A DNA stretch of 64,000 nt from Chrysemys picta bellii (taxonomy: Eukaryota). Positions 36,690-48,420 of the stretch are shown one piece after another. The stretch spans positions 2,976,001 to 3,040,000 of the forward strand of contig NC_088810.1 of assembly GCF_011386835.1 (NCBI RefSeq), in the 5' to 3' direction. Numbering within the stretch: the first letter of the stretch is position 1; every line of letters begins with the position of its first letter. The position numbers were made by a program, and so were the translations under genes. A model generated the notes under the pieces. That model did no database searches and had not been told where the DNA came from. It saw only the letters and a program-made list of their open reading frames with translations.

Positions 36690-37085
36690 TACATAATTAA
36701 TAATTATGGTTATAAAATGGAAGGGGTTTGCAAAAAAAAAAAAAAAAAAAAAATTATGAACCAAAATATTTTGATTTGGAAATGCTTTTGTGATGCCTCA
36801 TGGGAGTTGTAGTTCAGGTGCCTCATGCCTCCATTTGCTATTATAGATCACAGTCACTGGTCGGACTACATTTCCCATGATGCACCACACTTTCCCCTCT
36901 TGGAAAGCGAGGCAGAAAATGACCAGAACCTCTCACCATAGTGCATCATGGGGAACGTAGTCCAGCCGGGGATCTTCACCCATAGAGGAGAATGGGGACA
37001 TGGGGGAAATGAACTACAACTCCCATGAAGCATTGTAGCTGCCCTTCCAAGACAAAATAGTTTGGTTTTCGGCAATTATGGATTT
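36690..37085. mobile_element. Palindromic MITE-like repeat with four ACTACAnnTCCC-type motifs (paralog 55085-55620)
   Basis: Inverted motif pairs at 36801, 36863, 36942 and 37011. Confidence 0.6.
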
Positions 37086-37216
37086 TTTCAATAAAAAATA
37101 AATCTGACTCTATTAGCGGACAATGAAAAACAGCCTTCATCACACCCATAAGCCCACAGAGCTATTGAGATGACATAGGCTGGAGCATGCTGGGATACAG
37201 GCAGTGCATATGTCCT

Positions 37217-38750
37217 GGATCTAATTTACCTTTATTTCAGTAAGGCATTTGATACGGTTCCACATGGGGAATTATTAGCTAAATTGGAAAAGATGGGGAT
37301 CAATATGAAAATTGAAAGGTGGATAAGGAACTGGTTAAAGGGGAGACTACAATGGGTCATACTGAAAGGTGAACTGTCAGGCTGGAAGGAGGTTACTAGT
37401 GGAGTTCCTCAGGGATCGGTTTTGGGACCAATCTTATTTAATCTTTTTATTACTGACCTTGGCACAAAAAGTGGGAATGGGCTAATCAAGTCTGCGGATG
37501 ACACAAAGCTGGGAGGTATTGCCAATACTGAGAAGGACCGGGATATCCTACAGGAAGATCTGGATGACCTTGTAAACTGGAGTAATAGTAATAGGATGAA
37601 ATTTAATAGTGAGAAGTCCAAGGTCATGCATTTAGGGATTAATAACAAGAATTTTGATTATAAATTGGGGAGGCATCAGTTGGAAGTAACAGAGGAGGAG
37701 AAGGACCTCAGAGTATTGGTTGATCACAGGATGACTATGAGCCGTTAATGTGATATGGCCATTAAAAAAGGTAATGCGATCTTGGGATGCATCAGGTGAG
37801 GTATTTCCAGTAAAGATAAGGAGGTGTTAGTACTGTTATACAAGGCACTGGTGAGACCTCATCTGGAATATTGTGTGCAGTTCTGGTCTCCCATGTTTAA
37901 GAAGGATGAATTCAAACTGAAACAGGTACAGAGAAGGGCTACTAGGAATGATCCGAGGAATGGAAAACCTGTCTTATGAAAGGAGACTCAAAGAGCTTGG
38001 TTTGTTTAGCCTAACCAAAAGAAGGCTGAGGGGAGATATGATTGCTCTTTATAAATATATCCGAGGGATAAATATCAGGGAGGGAGAGGAATTATTCAAG
38101 CTTAGTACCAATGTGGACACAAGAACACATGGATATAAACTGGCCATCAGGAAGTTTAGACTTGAAATGAGACGAAGATTTCTAACCATCAGAGGAGTGA
38201 AGTTCTGGAACAGCCTTCCAAAGGGAGTAGTGGGGACAAAAGACCTATTGGGCTTCAAGACTAAGCTTGATAAGTTTATGGAGAGGATGGTATGATGGGA
38301 TAGCTTAATTTTGGCAATTAATTGATCTTTGATTATTAGCAGGTAAATATGCGCAATGGCCTGTGGTGGGATGTTAGATGGGGTGGGATCTGAATTACTA
38401 CAGAGAATTCTTTCCTGGGTGTCTGGCTAGTGAGTCTTGCCCACATGCTCAGGGTTTAGCTGATCGCCATATTTGGGATCGGGAAGGAATTTTCCTTCAT
38501 GAAAGATTGGCAGAGGCCCTGGGGGGGGGGTTTACCTTCCTCTGCAGCATGGGGCATGGGTCACTTGCTGGAGGATTCTCTGCACCTTGAAGTTTTTAAA
38601 CCATAATTTGAGGACGTTAATAGCTCAGACATAGGTTAGGGGTTTATTACAGCAGTGGGTGGGTGAGATTCTGTGGCCTGCATTGTGCAGGAGGTCAGAC
38701 TAGATGATCATAATGGTCCCTCTGACCTTGAAGACTATGAGTCTATGAGT
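37217..38750 (+). mobile_element. Young 5'-truncated CR1 LINE (~1.5 kb)
   Basis: RT ORFs 37284-37748 and 37948-38295, full 3' UTR, (CTATGAGT)2 tail; empty site ATGTCCT|CATCT at ~55742. Confidence 0.95.
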
Positions 38751-39179
38751 CATCTGAAGCCTTGCTAAGTATTTGGTTTTACCATTGGCCCAGATTCACC
38801 TCTGGTGTAAAACTCCACTGATCTCATTAAGCTGGTATTTTAAAGAATAAAATAACTATTAATAATGCCTAAGATGTTTGAGAACCCCAGTGGAACCAAG
38901 GCTGATTGACCCCAGCTGGGATCTGGCCCCATTGACTCCAATGGAGCTATGGTCCATTCACACCAGATGGAGATTCTGACCCATAGATTTTCCCCACCAG
39001 CTGACTAGGGTCCTGTGAGCTCCAGGCCAGTGTATTAACCACAGGAACATTCTTCCTCTTGGCCTGTCTTGCTTTTGTACATTGTCTTACATGTCTGTAT
39101 CGTGCCTAGCACAATGGTTTACTGATATGCAACTGGTGTTCCTACATGCTATCGTAATCATAATAACTATAACAGTAAT

Positions 39180-39385
39180 AATCCCTCACTCTTCTATGGT
39201 ACTTTTCATCCACAGATCTCAAAGCGCTCTACTAAGGAGGCCAATATCATTATCTTTTTTTCACAGATGGAGAAACTGAGGCACGGAGAAGAGAAGTGAT
39301 TTCTCCAAGGTCAACTGGCCAGCCAGCAGCAGAGCTGGAAACAGACTCCACGTCTCCTGCGGTCAAGTCCAGTGCTCCATCTATT
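39180..39385 (+). mobile_element. MIR/CORE SINE
   Basis: CACAGATCTCAAAGCGC...ACAGATGGAGAAACTGAGGCAC...AAGTGATTTCTCCAAGGTC. Confidence 0.8.
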
Positions 39386-39502
39386 AATACAAATGATTAA
39401 TCATAATAACATTCTCCAGTGGGTGAGAAACTCCAGCCCCTGGTGCCCAGCTCCTTTGAGAGTCTCTGCATGGGGGCTATTGTACTTGTGGTGCTCCCAA
39501 AC

Positions 39503-41282
39503 TCACTTTTCCTCTTCTGCCGCCAATCCCTTGATCAGGACCCTTTGGGCATCTTCAGCCACCTTATCCAGAAAGTGCTGCAGGACGGTGCATGTGACCG
39601 AAAAAGCCATTTGTGCCTCCATGGGAGTGTGACGGGCATGACTCAGCATTGCGGTGCCCCCTGCTGGCTGTTCTGGGAATTAGCACTGCTCCCTCCTCTG
39701 GTGGTGTCTCACCTCTGTTCCTGGACCCGTGTCTCTCCACGGACCACAGCATCCTCTTCAGTGACGCTGCCCTTTGGCTCTGCCGCACGCTGTTTCCTCC
39801 TCTTGGGGGACCAGCAATCTCTGTCCCACCACTCCCTCCCTCCGTGGCAACTGCAGTCCACTATCCTGGGGCCACTTCCCAGGTGACTCCGGGACTCTCT
39901 TCATGCTTATCTCAGGCCTCAGCAGGCTGGCCTTAGAGGCCAGTCAGAAACGCTCTCTCACTCCCCTGTTCCTGCCCAGCACTTCTCTGTCGAGGGTGCT
40001 AGCTTCATACTGACTGCAAGGCAGCTAGTCCTCTCTCCTTGAGCTCCAGAGAGTAACTGAAGCTGCTCTGAAGCCCTTCTTATATGGGCCAGCCCGGTCC
40101 TAATTGACTGTTCCACACAGCCCCTCTCTAATTGGCTGCCTCCTGCACAGCCTCCCTTAGGGGCCAGTGTGAGCCAAACACCCCATCACACTCCACCAAA
40201 CAACTGACCAATGGTATCGCATTGAGGATATGTCTGGTTCTTGTCATGCAAGCACCTCCAGCCTGACCCAGCAGATTCAAAGTAAAATGGCTAGATATTT
40301 CTTTGCCTAACGGAGACCTTACCACAGCTCTCAAGTCCACGACAGGCTTCCCAACCTGCTGGGCAAAGTTAACCAGGGAGTCATCATCCAAGCCAAATCT
40401 CTTGCAGTAACTTGACATGCAGTCCATCAACTGGAGAAGTCACAAGCAATGGAGAGAGCCAGATTAAAAACAGCAGAGATGGTGCGGGCTTGTACCCTGA
40501 CCTGCCCCCGCAGGGCTTTCGTCTTCCTTTCGAAGATGGGTGTGAAAATGCTGGGTAGGGCAAAAGGAAAACATGTCTCTTGTGAGCATCAACTTCATCT
40601 GCCAGAGCTTCTTGCAGTCAGGGAGCATCGTACTGGTCGAATTCCCACCTGGAGATGAGGAAAGCCTGTCGGGAGCTCACCCCTTGTCTCTGTGGGGACT
40701 CGATGCAGTCACTTCGGATTCTCTGCAGGGCACCTTCCTGGCTGAAGTTCTTTTTCCTTCTCTCGTTACACAAGTCCATGTCCACCTTGAAGTGCACAAA
40801 AGAGAACTTTTTCCCCATCCTCTGGAACTCCTGGGCCAGGTCAGCATGGGTGGATCTGAACCTGTGTGAAACAAGGATGATGAAGAAATCCTAGCAGGCA
40901 AAGTTGACCTGCTGGAAGTAGGTGTCAGGCCGGAATCTCGGAATCCCAATTCCAAGTAGGTCCCATATCCTCACATTGAGGTGTTTGGGATGAGGAATCA
41001 TGATTGGCAAGCCATGGCTGCACCTTCATCATCAACTTCCATCATCACCAAGCATGGCATTGACGAAGGATGATTTCCCGGAACCCGACTTCCCCGTGAT
41101 GGTGATATCGAGCTTTGCATTTTTCAATAGCTCCAGGGATTCCTGCACTTTGGAAGCCACCTCTGAAAGGTTTTCTTTGTTGATGGCGGCCTCTAGCTCT
41201 TCAAGATCTTCCTTGGACATAGCGGGAAGCTTAAAATCTAAATCCTGTCATCTACCGGCCACAGCACCTTTGTTAACTCCAT
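39503..41282 (-). pseudogene. psi5: disabled IRG paralog
   Basis: IRG homology over the full length; 1-nt deletion near the ATG, deletion and stop after G1, WDLLG, TAG at ~40891, TGA at 40618-40620, a further frameshift, and an LTR insertion. Confidence 0.9.
39628..40190. mobile_element. Solo LTR inserted in psi5
   Basis: TGTGACGGG...CCCCATCACA termini; CTCCA duplicated; uninterrupted site in psi8 (GCCTCCACCAAAC). Confidence 0.82.
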
Positions 41283-41779
41283 CTTGCTGGGGAAAAGGCG
41301 AAATGTCCCAGCCAATATTAACAAAAAGGGAAAATGGAAGCAGGGAAAGACAGAAGGTAGAATTTTTAAGGCTGGTAGGACACCAGTAGATAGCAAACAA
41401 GACCGTGTATCAAGAATAATCTATACTCATTAGCATTTAGGATTAACAAGAGAGAGGAGAGATAGAAAAAGTAATGACTCAGAGCTCTGTGATGGAGATC
41501 TCTGCTTGTGAAGAAATAGAGCTTTGCATTAGAGCTGGGTGAAAACTTTCCAGCAAGTGTTTTTTTTGCCAGTGGCTTTTCCATCGAAACAGAAATTTCT
41601 GTTTTCAAATATTTTTCAAGCTTTTATCCAAAAAAAAAAAAAAAATCCCCACCCAAAAATAGTTAGATTTTGAAAACCTGAATATTTTTGATGCAAAATT
41701 TTGCCCCAAACCAACAGAAAACACGCACACAGAATTTCATGGAGAGAAAAGGACCTACATTCCCCAAACAGCTTTTGCA

Positions 41780-41990
41780 TTTCTTATTGTAGATTCAGGA
41801 AGGGACCATTAGAGCATCAGCCCGACCACTTGTATGAGGTCCAGAGACGTTCCAGAGACGTTCACTGATTTACTCCTGTATCGAGCCCACGGTTGAGCTA
41901 GAGTGTATCTTTTAGGAAGATGCTCCATTTTGATTTAAAGACCCCAAATGATGGAAAATCCACCAGACCCTTGAGCATCACCTTTTAAAC
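41780..41990 (-). mobile_element. CR1 3' end fragment (paralog ~58410-58610)
   Basis: GAAGGGACCATT...TTGATTTAAAGAC...TGGAAAATCCACCA is the reverse of a CR1 3' UTR. Confidence 0.6.
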
Positions 41991-43176
41991 AAAAAAAGTA
42001 AATATCTGCTCAGCAAATTCTCTCTGAGTGCTTGGAAGAGATTTTTTCCAAGTGTGTTTTTTTTCCACAGTTTAATCTGAATTATCCCAGTTTCAATCAC
42101 CAACATTCCCGCCCTTTCCTCTCCCCGATATATTGTCAGTTTTCCCAAAGGAAATTTGGAAATTAAAATGTTTGTGTTGACTTAAAATTCCAGTTTGGTT
42201 TCAAATAAATGGGGATTCAAAACAAAAATGCTCTGTGTGAATTGGTTCCAAACTTCCAACCAAAACATTTTGAACAAACATTTTGCATTCAAAATTTCTC
42301 ATGGGGAAAAAAATTAGTTTTCTAACCAGTTCTACTAATTAGATACATTTATACACTGGCAAGTAAGCATGTTCATTAGTGACGGGTCTAGTTTAGAGAG
42401 AGACACGGATTCTTGATTCCAATGTAATAAGAATTTATTCAACTCTAAAACCATTTCTACATGAAACATGATGACAGAACAAAAAAAAATACAGAGAACT
42501 GATATTTGGAAGCACTAGCTATGAGACAGAGATGTGTACTAGGCTAGCATTTGTTTATCTGAACATCCCATCCTGTTAGCAAATATTGATCCTACTGGGA
42601 AAGGAATACGAGGATTTTGCTGAGTCACTAGATGGGAGACTCATCTGGATTTAAGGGAGGTTGGAGTGGGTCTCTGAGGAGAGACGACCTAGGATGTGGG
42701 CAGAGCAAAGCTGAAGGAGGACCCTGGGAGCAGCCACTCATAAGGAGGAGGCCTGAGTTGCTCTTTGTTGTTTTACTGTTGTTCCCTTAATTAATAAAGC
42801 TGATCTCAGGGTGGGTTTGGCTTTGCATGTTATGTCAACTGTTGTTTATGCACCATAAGCCTCTTTGCGATAGTTTATATATCACAGTCCAAGTAACATG
42901 GAGAAGAGTTGGGTGAAATTTTTTAATTGAATAATACATTTGCTGAAGAACGCACTTCCAGGATAACCAAAACTCATTACAATATTCAGGAGAAATACTG
43001 TTGGCTGATTAAAACCTTTTAATTTTTTTTGTGTTTGTTTTGACATTTTCTAATGGTTTGACTTTTTGGTTTCAGATGGTGTTTCATTTTGAAATGTAGC
43101 TAAATTTACTTACCTAAAAAAAAAAAAATGGGGGGGAGGGGAACGACAGAGGGGTAAAAAAAATTCCAGAAACAAA

Positions 43177-43180
43177 ACGA

Positions 43181-43232
<52 letters not shown>

Positions 43233-43233
43233 A
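43177..43233. repeat. (GAAA)n microsatellite
   Basis: Direct tetranucleotide run. Confidence 0.95.
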
Positions 43234-43750
43234 AATCAACTAGGGGCAAACAAAATGTTTTGTTCTCCCCAAAATGATTTTTATTTATTTAGTCTTGAAA
43301 AAAACAAAACAGTTTTGGTTCTAAATGAACTGATTTTTCTAAAGATTGTTTTGGTTCAGCCACTGAACCAACAAAAATCCACTCAACCCTCCCCAGCAGA
43401 CATTTAACACACGCCAGCCGTGCCAGGGGATAGGATAAGAATTAGTGCAATACAAATCAACGCTCCAGCAGATGAGAGACCACTGACATCAACAGACAGC
43501 AATAACTCAAACGACATCTTGGAATGGGAGCGGCACGTTCATATCTGCAGCTTAGTGATCCATGGATGTAGTTCTAGAGTAGATACTGAGTGTCTCCCAA
43601 ACACAGATGGATTAATCCTCACGACAGCCCTGTGAGGCAGGGTAGTTTTAACTTTTTTTTAAATGTAATTATTGTGACTTGGCCTAGGGAATGAGGTGTC
43701 AGATTCGGCTCGATGGCGTTTCTGTTTCTCGATCTTGACACTTTCCCATC

Positions 43751-44980
43751 TTACTCCAGAGCTTTCTTGCGAACACTTCGTGCATCCTCAGCCACCTTCT
43801 CCAGGAAGTTTGACAGAATGGAGTAGGACGTGGCAAAGGACAACCCGGCTGCAGCCAGGGTGCTAATCACTGGGACGAGGTCAAAGTTTTGTTCAACCGA
43901 GCGGGTGAGGCTGCACCCAACCTGGACAATCTTCTTCATTAATACATCTTGGGTGAGAACTTCCCCTTGTGGTGAGACGATAACAGCCTTGAGCTCTGAG
44001 ACAGGCTTCCCAGCCTGCCTGGCCAGTTTAGCTAAGGAGTCATCGTCAAGGCTGAATTGTTTGTAGAAGGCGATCATGGATACCAACAGGAGGCCAACAT
44101 CACAGGCGAGAGAGAGACCTCCCATGGGAAGGACATTGATAAAAGCCGACACCAGGGATATTTTCCATATGTGCCCCCGCAGAGCAGATTTCTTCTTCTC
44201 TATGATTTCCGGAGAGAAGTTGGGCAGGCTGAGCAGGAACACAAGTCTCTGTAGATGGGGGAGGTCATTCTCCAGCGTCTCCTCCAGCAAGGGAAAATCA
44301 TACTGGTCTAAGTCCCAGTTGGAGAGAAGAAATACCTGGGGGTCGATTGCTCCTTGGTCTCTCAGGTATTTCCTGGCATTCTCCCTGATCCTCTGGAAAA
44401 CATTCTCTTCGACATAGGCTTGAGGATGAGCCCTTCTTGCGTTGGCCAAGTCTTCATCCACTTTGCAATGCACAAAATAGAACTTCTTCTCCATCCTCTG
44501 GATCTCCCGGGCCAGGTCGGCGTGGCTGGATCGGAACCGCTCAGAAGCAACAATGACAAAGAAGTCATAGCGTCTGAAATTCACCTGCTGGAGGTATCTC
44601 TCTGGTCGAAAATCCATCGCCCCGATCCCCGGCAGGTCCCACAGGATCACATTCAGGTAGCTTGGATGGGGATAAGCCTTCAGCTCTGTCGTTGTTTCTA
44701 TCACCCCTGTCTGAGCCGCGCCTTGATCTTCAGCACCCAAACCGCGGAGGGCATTGATGAAGGAGGATTTTCCAGAGCCCGTCTCCCCCGTGACAGCAAT
44801 GTTGAGCTTGGTGTTTTCCAGCGACTCCAGATCCTCCTGAGCTTTGGAGGCTGCCTCTGCCTGGCCTCCATCCTTGAAAAGCTCCACGAATTTCTCATAC
44901 ACCTGTAGTGCTGCATTGAAAAACCCCTTAGGGTCTGACTCAATGTCAATGCCCTTCGTCAGAGCTGAGAGAGCCTCCAT
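43751..44980 (-). CDS. IRGC-like: G6: IRG p47 GTPase, 409 aa (divergent subfamily)
   Basis: GETGSGKS, WDLPG, HCKVD; acceptor CTCTGCGGCAG directly abuts the ATG. Confidence 0.95.
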   Translation of the reverse strand: MEALSALTKGIDIESDPKGFFNAALQVYEKFVELFKDGGQAEAASKAQEDLESLENTKLNIAVTGETGSGKSSFINALRGLGAEDQGAAQTGVIETTTELKAYPHPSYLNVILWDLPGIGAMDFRPERYLQQVNFRRYDFFVIVASERFRSSHADLAREIQRMEKKFYFVHCKVDEDLANARRAHPQAYVEENVFQRIRENARKYLRDQGAIDPQVFLLSNWDLDQYDFPLLEETLENDLPHLQRLVFLLSLPNFSPEIIEKKKSALRGHIWKISLVSAFINVLPMGGLSLACDVGLLLVSMIAFYKQFSLDDDSLAKLARQAGKPVSELKAVIVSPQGEVLTQDVLMKKIVQVGCSLTRSVEQNFDLVPVISTLAAAGLSFATSYSILSNFLEKVAEDARSVRKKALE

Positions 44981-45447
44981 CTGCCGCAGAGAAGGAAATG
45001 GAGATCGCCATTACTCTGAGTTGGTTTATAAACAGGTGACTTAAAACGGTCACCTCAAGTAGGAACTCAAGGCTGGATTAAGGCCTAGGTATCGTAAATG
45101 TAAATTCCTGCGTCCATCAGCTGATTCCAGCAGAATCCCAACTTTCAGTTACTAAAGAAGAGAGAGTAATTTCCTAACCCTAGTGACTGGTGAGAAAAAC
45201 TCAGAAATATGATTACATTTAGGTACATATGAGCTAATGCAGGGCTGCTGCCTGAATCTGCAGAGAGCCTGAACCCATCACTTTGAGGGGGTAGCTGTTC
45301 AGTGCATCTGACTGGGGTGTTAACTCCCACCCCACCCCACCCCAGCAGGGGACTCTGTGTGGGGCAGAAGGGGAGAAGCAAAGCAGGCCTGCCTCTGCCA
45401 TCACCACCCCAGCAGAAACACCTGGGCTGATGGAGTAAGTTCTAGGG

Positions 45448-45995
45448 CAGGGGTCTCAAACATGCGGCCCGCGGGGTTATTTTCTGCAGCCTGCGAGCTC
45501 CTCGCGACCTCCCCCCACCCCCCAGCGTTTACCTAGAGCGGCTCAGGCCTGGCGCGCACCGGGGGCTGGGCAGGCTCCATGTCCGCCCTGCCCTGTCCCG
45601 CCCCTGCGCTGCACCAGGAAGCGGCCTGTACCTGGGGGAGGCGGGGCGTCGGCATCTGTGTGTTGCTGTTGCTTCAGGCACCACCCCCAGCAGCTCCCAT
45701 TGGCCGCAGTTCCCCATTCCCAGCCAATGGGAGCTGCTGGGGGCGGTCCCTGAAGCAAGAGCAACACACAGGTGCCGGTGCCCGCCCCCCCCCCCCCCCA
45801 CACACACACACGTTCCAGCCGCTTCCCGGAGTGGCGTGGGGGCAGGGGAGGCAGGGAGGGAGCCTGCCCTGCCCCCGGTGCGTGCCAGGCTGGAGTCTGC
45901 CCCCTGAATCCCTCCTGCACTCCCACCCCCTGCCCTGAGCCACCTCCCACACCCCTCCTGCACCCCGACCCCCTGCTCTGAGCCCCCTGCGCACC
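45448..45995. mobile_element. hAT element with one terminus missing, replacing host sequence present at 60650-61040
   Basis: CAGGGGTCTCAAAC left TIR; both flanks resume in the second copy. Confidence 0.6.
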
Positions 45996-46099
45996 CCACC
46001 AGGCCTCAGGAGCGCTGTGAGCTCGTAAACATACCCAGCTGTTAATGCAATCACGACCAGCGATTAGCAGCAGCTCCAGGAGCTGGGAGGGGGAGATTT

Positions 46100-46700
46100 A
46101 ACCCCCTACCTGGGCAGAAACTCTTACCAGCCACACGAGCGAGCAGGACGTTCCCCGTGAAGCACAAGACACACCCCGATGCAGGGCTCTGTCTGCTTCC
46201 CTCTGCAGTCAAATGGAAAACCAACGTTGCAGAGAAAGTATCAGAGGGGTAGCCGTGTTAGTCTGGATCTGTAAAACGCAACAGAGAGTCCTGTGGCACC
46301 TTTAAGGGTATGCGTCTGACGAAGTGGGTATTCACCCACAAAAGCTTATGCTCCAATACATCTGTTAGTCGTAAAGGTGCCACAGGATTCTCTGTTGCTT
46401 GCTACAGAGAAAAGCAGCCCTGGGGAATTTGAAGCCACACCCTTTCCTGGCAGATTAGCTGCAGCCAGCTCTGAGTTCCTGCAGATACCAGAGAGCGGGA
46501 CTGGACAGACAGACACGGGGATTGGAGGCTGGAACCCCAAAAATGTCAGGATTGCCTTAACAAAGAAGGAAAACACTGAATTTGGAACAGAGACTCATTT
46601 AATTCACTTTCAGTCAAGTAGACAAATTTAATTGTGGTGCAAAACTGCTCATTAAAGCACTACTCAGGGGCTGTCTCCCCCACCCCCCACACGCATCCAC
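46100..46700 (-). promoter_or_regulatory. Candidate promoter and first exon of G6 (paralog 61145-61560 for G9)
   Basis: Conserved donors G|GTAAGAG (46127; 61173) and CAG|GTAGGG (46109; 61155); conserved IRF-E-like TTCACTTTC (46603; 61476). Confidence 0.4.
46229..46400. mobile_element. Penelope-like element fragment
   Basis: GTAGCCGTGTTAGTCTG...GTGGCACCTT...AAGGTGCCACAGG inverted arrangement; absent in the second copy. Confidence 0.7.
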
Positions 46701-46799
46701 ACCCACTCCGAAAAGTTGTCTAGACACCTGAAATAGCAAAAGAGGGGAAATGATGGATAGAGAAATGGAGGAAAAGAGAGAGAGATGGGTGTGTATGGA

Positions 46800-46802
46800 G
46801 GC

Positions 46803-46834
<32 letters not shown>

Positions 46835-47039
46835 GGGGGTGGGTGGGGATAGCTAGATTAGATTGAGGGAGTGTGGGGGGATAGATAGATAGAGGGGGTG
46901 TCTGGGAATAGATAGATAGATAGAGGGGTTGTGTGGGGATAGATAGATAGATAGATAGATAGAGGGGGTGAGTGGGGATAGATAGATAGATAGAAAGGGT
47001 GGGTGGGGATAGATAGATTAGATTGATGGGGTGTGGGGG

Positions 47040-47073
<34 letters not shown>

Positions 47074-47203
47074 GGGGGTGAGTGGGGATAGATAGATAGA
47101 TAGATAGATAGAGGGGGTGAGTGGGGATAGATAGATAGATAGAAAGGGTGGGTGGGGATAGATAGATTAGATTGATGGGGTGTGGGGGGATAGATAGATA
47201 GAT
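46800..47203. repeat. Compound (GATA)n and G-rich spacer satellite
   Basis: GATA runs alternating with GAGGGGG(T)G(A/G)GTGGG spacers; simpler paralog at 61715-61800. Confidence 0.9.
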
Positions 47204-47319
47204 AAAGTCCCCTGGTCTGGGCACACAGTCAGTCCCTGGCGCAGCTGGGACTGGCACAGTTTAATCACCGCTTCTGGCTCTGGGGCTCTTGGGCGCACCA
47301 CCGGACTCAGACCTCGTGT

Positions 47320-48170
47320 CTTGAGGTGTGATATTGAGGGTTGGTGAGGGGGGACGGTGAGGGCTCTAGAGGGGGGATATTCAGGAATATTCAGGGACCA
47401 TGGTGATGAGGGCAAGGGCTCCTGAGTGGGGATATTGAAGAGTTGTAGGCAGGGTGGGGGCTCCTGAGGGGGGACATTGAGGGACCATGAAGGGCTTCTG
47501 AGAAGGGATATAGCAGAATTGTGGGGGGACGGCAGGGGTTCCTGAGGGGGGATATAGAGGAATTGTGGGGGGACAGCAGGGGTTCCTGAGGTGAGATATA
47601 GAGGAATTGTGGGGGGAATGGCAGGGGCTCCTGAGGGGGAGATATAGAAGGACCATGTGGATGACTGTGGGGGACTCTGAAGGGGATATTGAGGGACCGT
47701 CGGGGCAACGGGGCGGGGGCCCCTGAGGGGAGATATTGAGGGGACATAAGGGGGCGCCTAAAGGCAGATATTGACAGGCAGTGAGGCGGATGGCAGGGGG
47801 TCCTGAGGGAGGATATAGAGGGATGGTGGGGGGACAGTGGGGGCTCCTAGGGGGGATATAGAAGGACCATGGGGACGACTGCGGGGGATTCTGAAGGGGA
47901 TATTGAGGAACCATTACGGAAGTGGTGGGGGCTCCTGAGGGGGGGACCGTGAGGAGGATGGCAGGGGCTCCTGAGGGGGGATATTGAGGACCATGAAGGG
48001 GGGCAGCAGGGGCTCCTGAGGAGGGATATAGAGGAATTGTGAGGGGGACGGCAGGGGCTCCTGAGGGAGGATATAGAGGGACCATGGGGACGACTGCAGG
48101 GGATTCTGAAGGGGATATTGAGGGACCATGAAGGGGGGCAGCAGAAGCCCCTGAGGAGGGACATTGAGAG
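47320..48170. repeat. G-rich ~46-bp minisatellite (long copy, ~850 bp)
   Basis: Same unit as 29520-29800; produces spurious Pro-rich ORFs. Confidence 0.88.
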
Positions 48171-48179
48171 ACCACAAGG

Positions 48180-48420
48180 CAGGGCCGGCTTTAGGCCGAT
48201 TCCACCGATTCCCCTGAATTGGACCCTGCCCGTAAGAGGGCCCCGCGCAGCGTCCCTGCCTGAAGCAAAGCTCTGTGCCTCTCTGCTGCTGCTAGGCAAT
48301 GAGAGATGCTGGTGGGGGGGTTGAGGCAGAGGCAGGTCAGGATGGGGGGGGGAGAAGGCACATGTGCTTTGCAGCCTTCCCCTCCCCTCCCCCCAGCACT
48401 CACCTGGAGGAGATGCTGAG
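48180..48420. mobile_element. hAT-like element left terminus (extent uncertain)
   Basis: CAGGGCCGGCTTTAGG TIR-type start; right TIR and TSD not found. Confidence 0.45.

Noticed and set aside
20989-41595. Perfect ISRE cores (TTTCAGTTTC at 20989, GAAACAGAAA at 41586) and a GAS site in psi5
   Set aside because: About two or more such cores are expected by chance in 64 kb; they lie in TE or pseudogene sequence and are not conserved in paralogous positions
47381-48299. Pro-rich ORFs (264, 150 and 118 aa)
   Set aside because: Translations of the minisatellite
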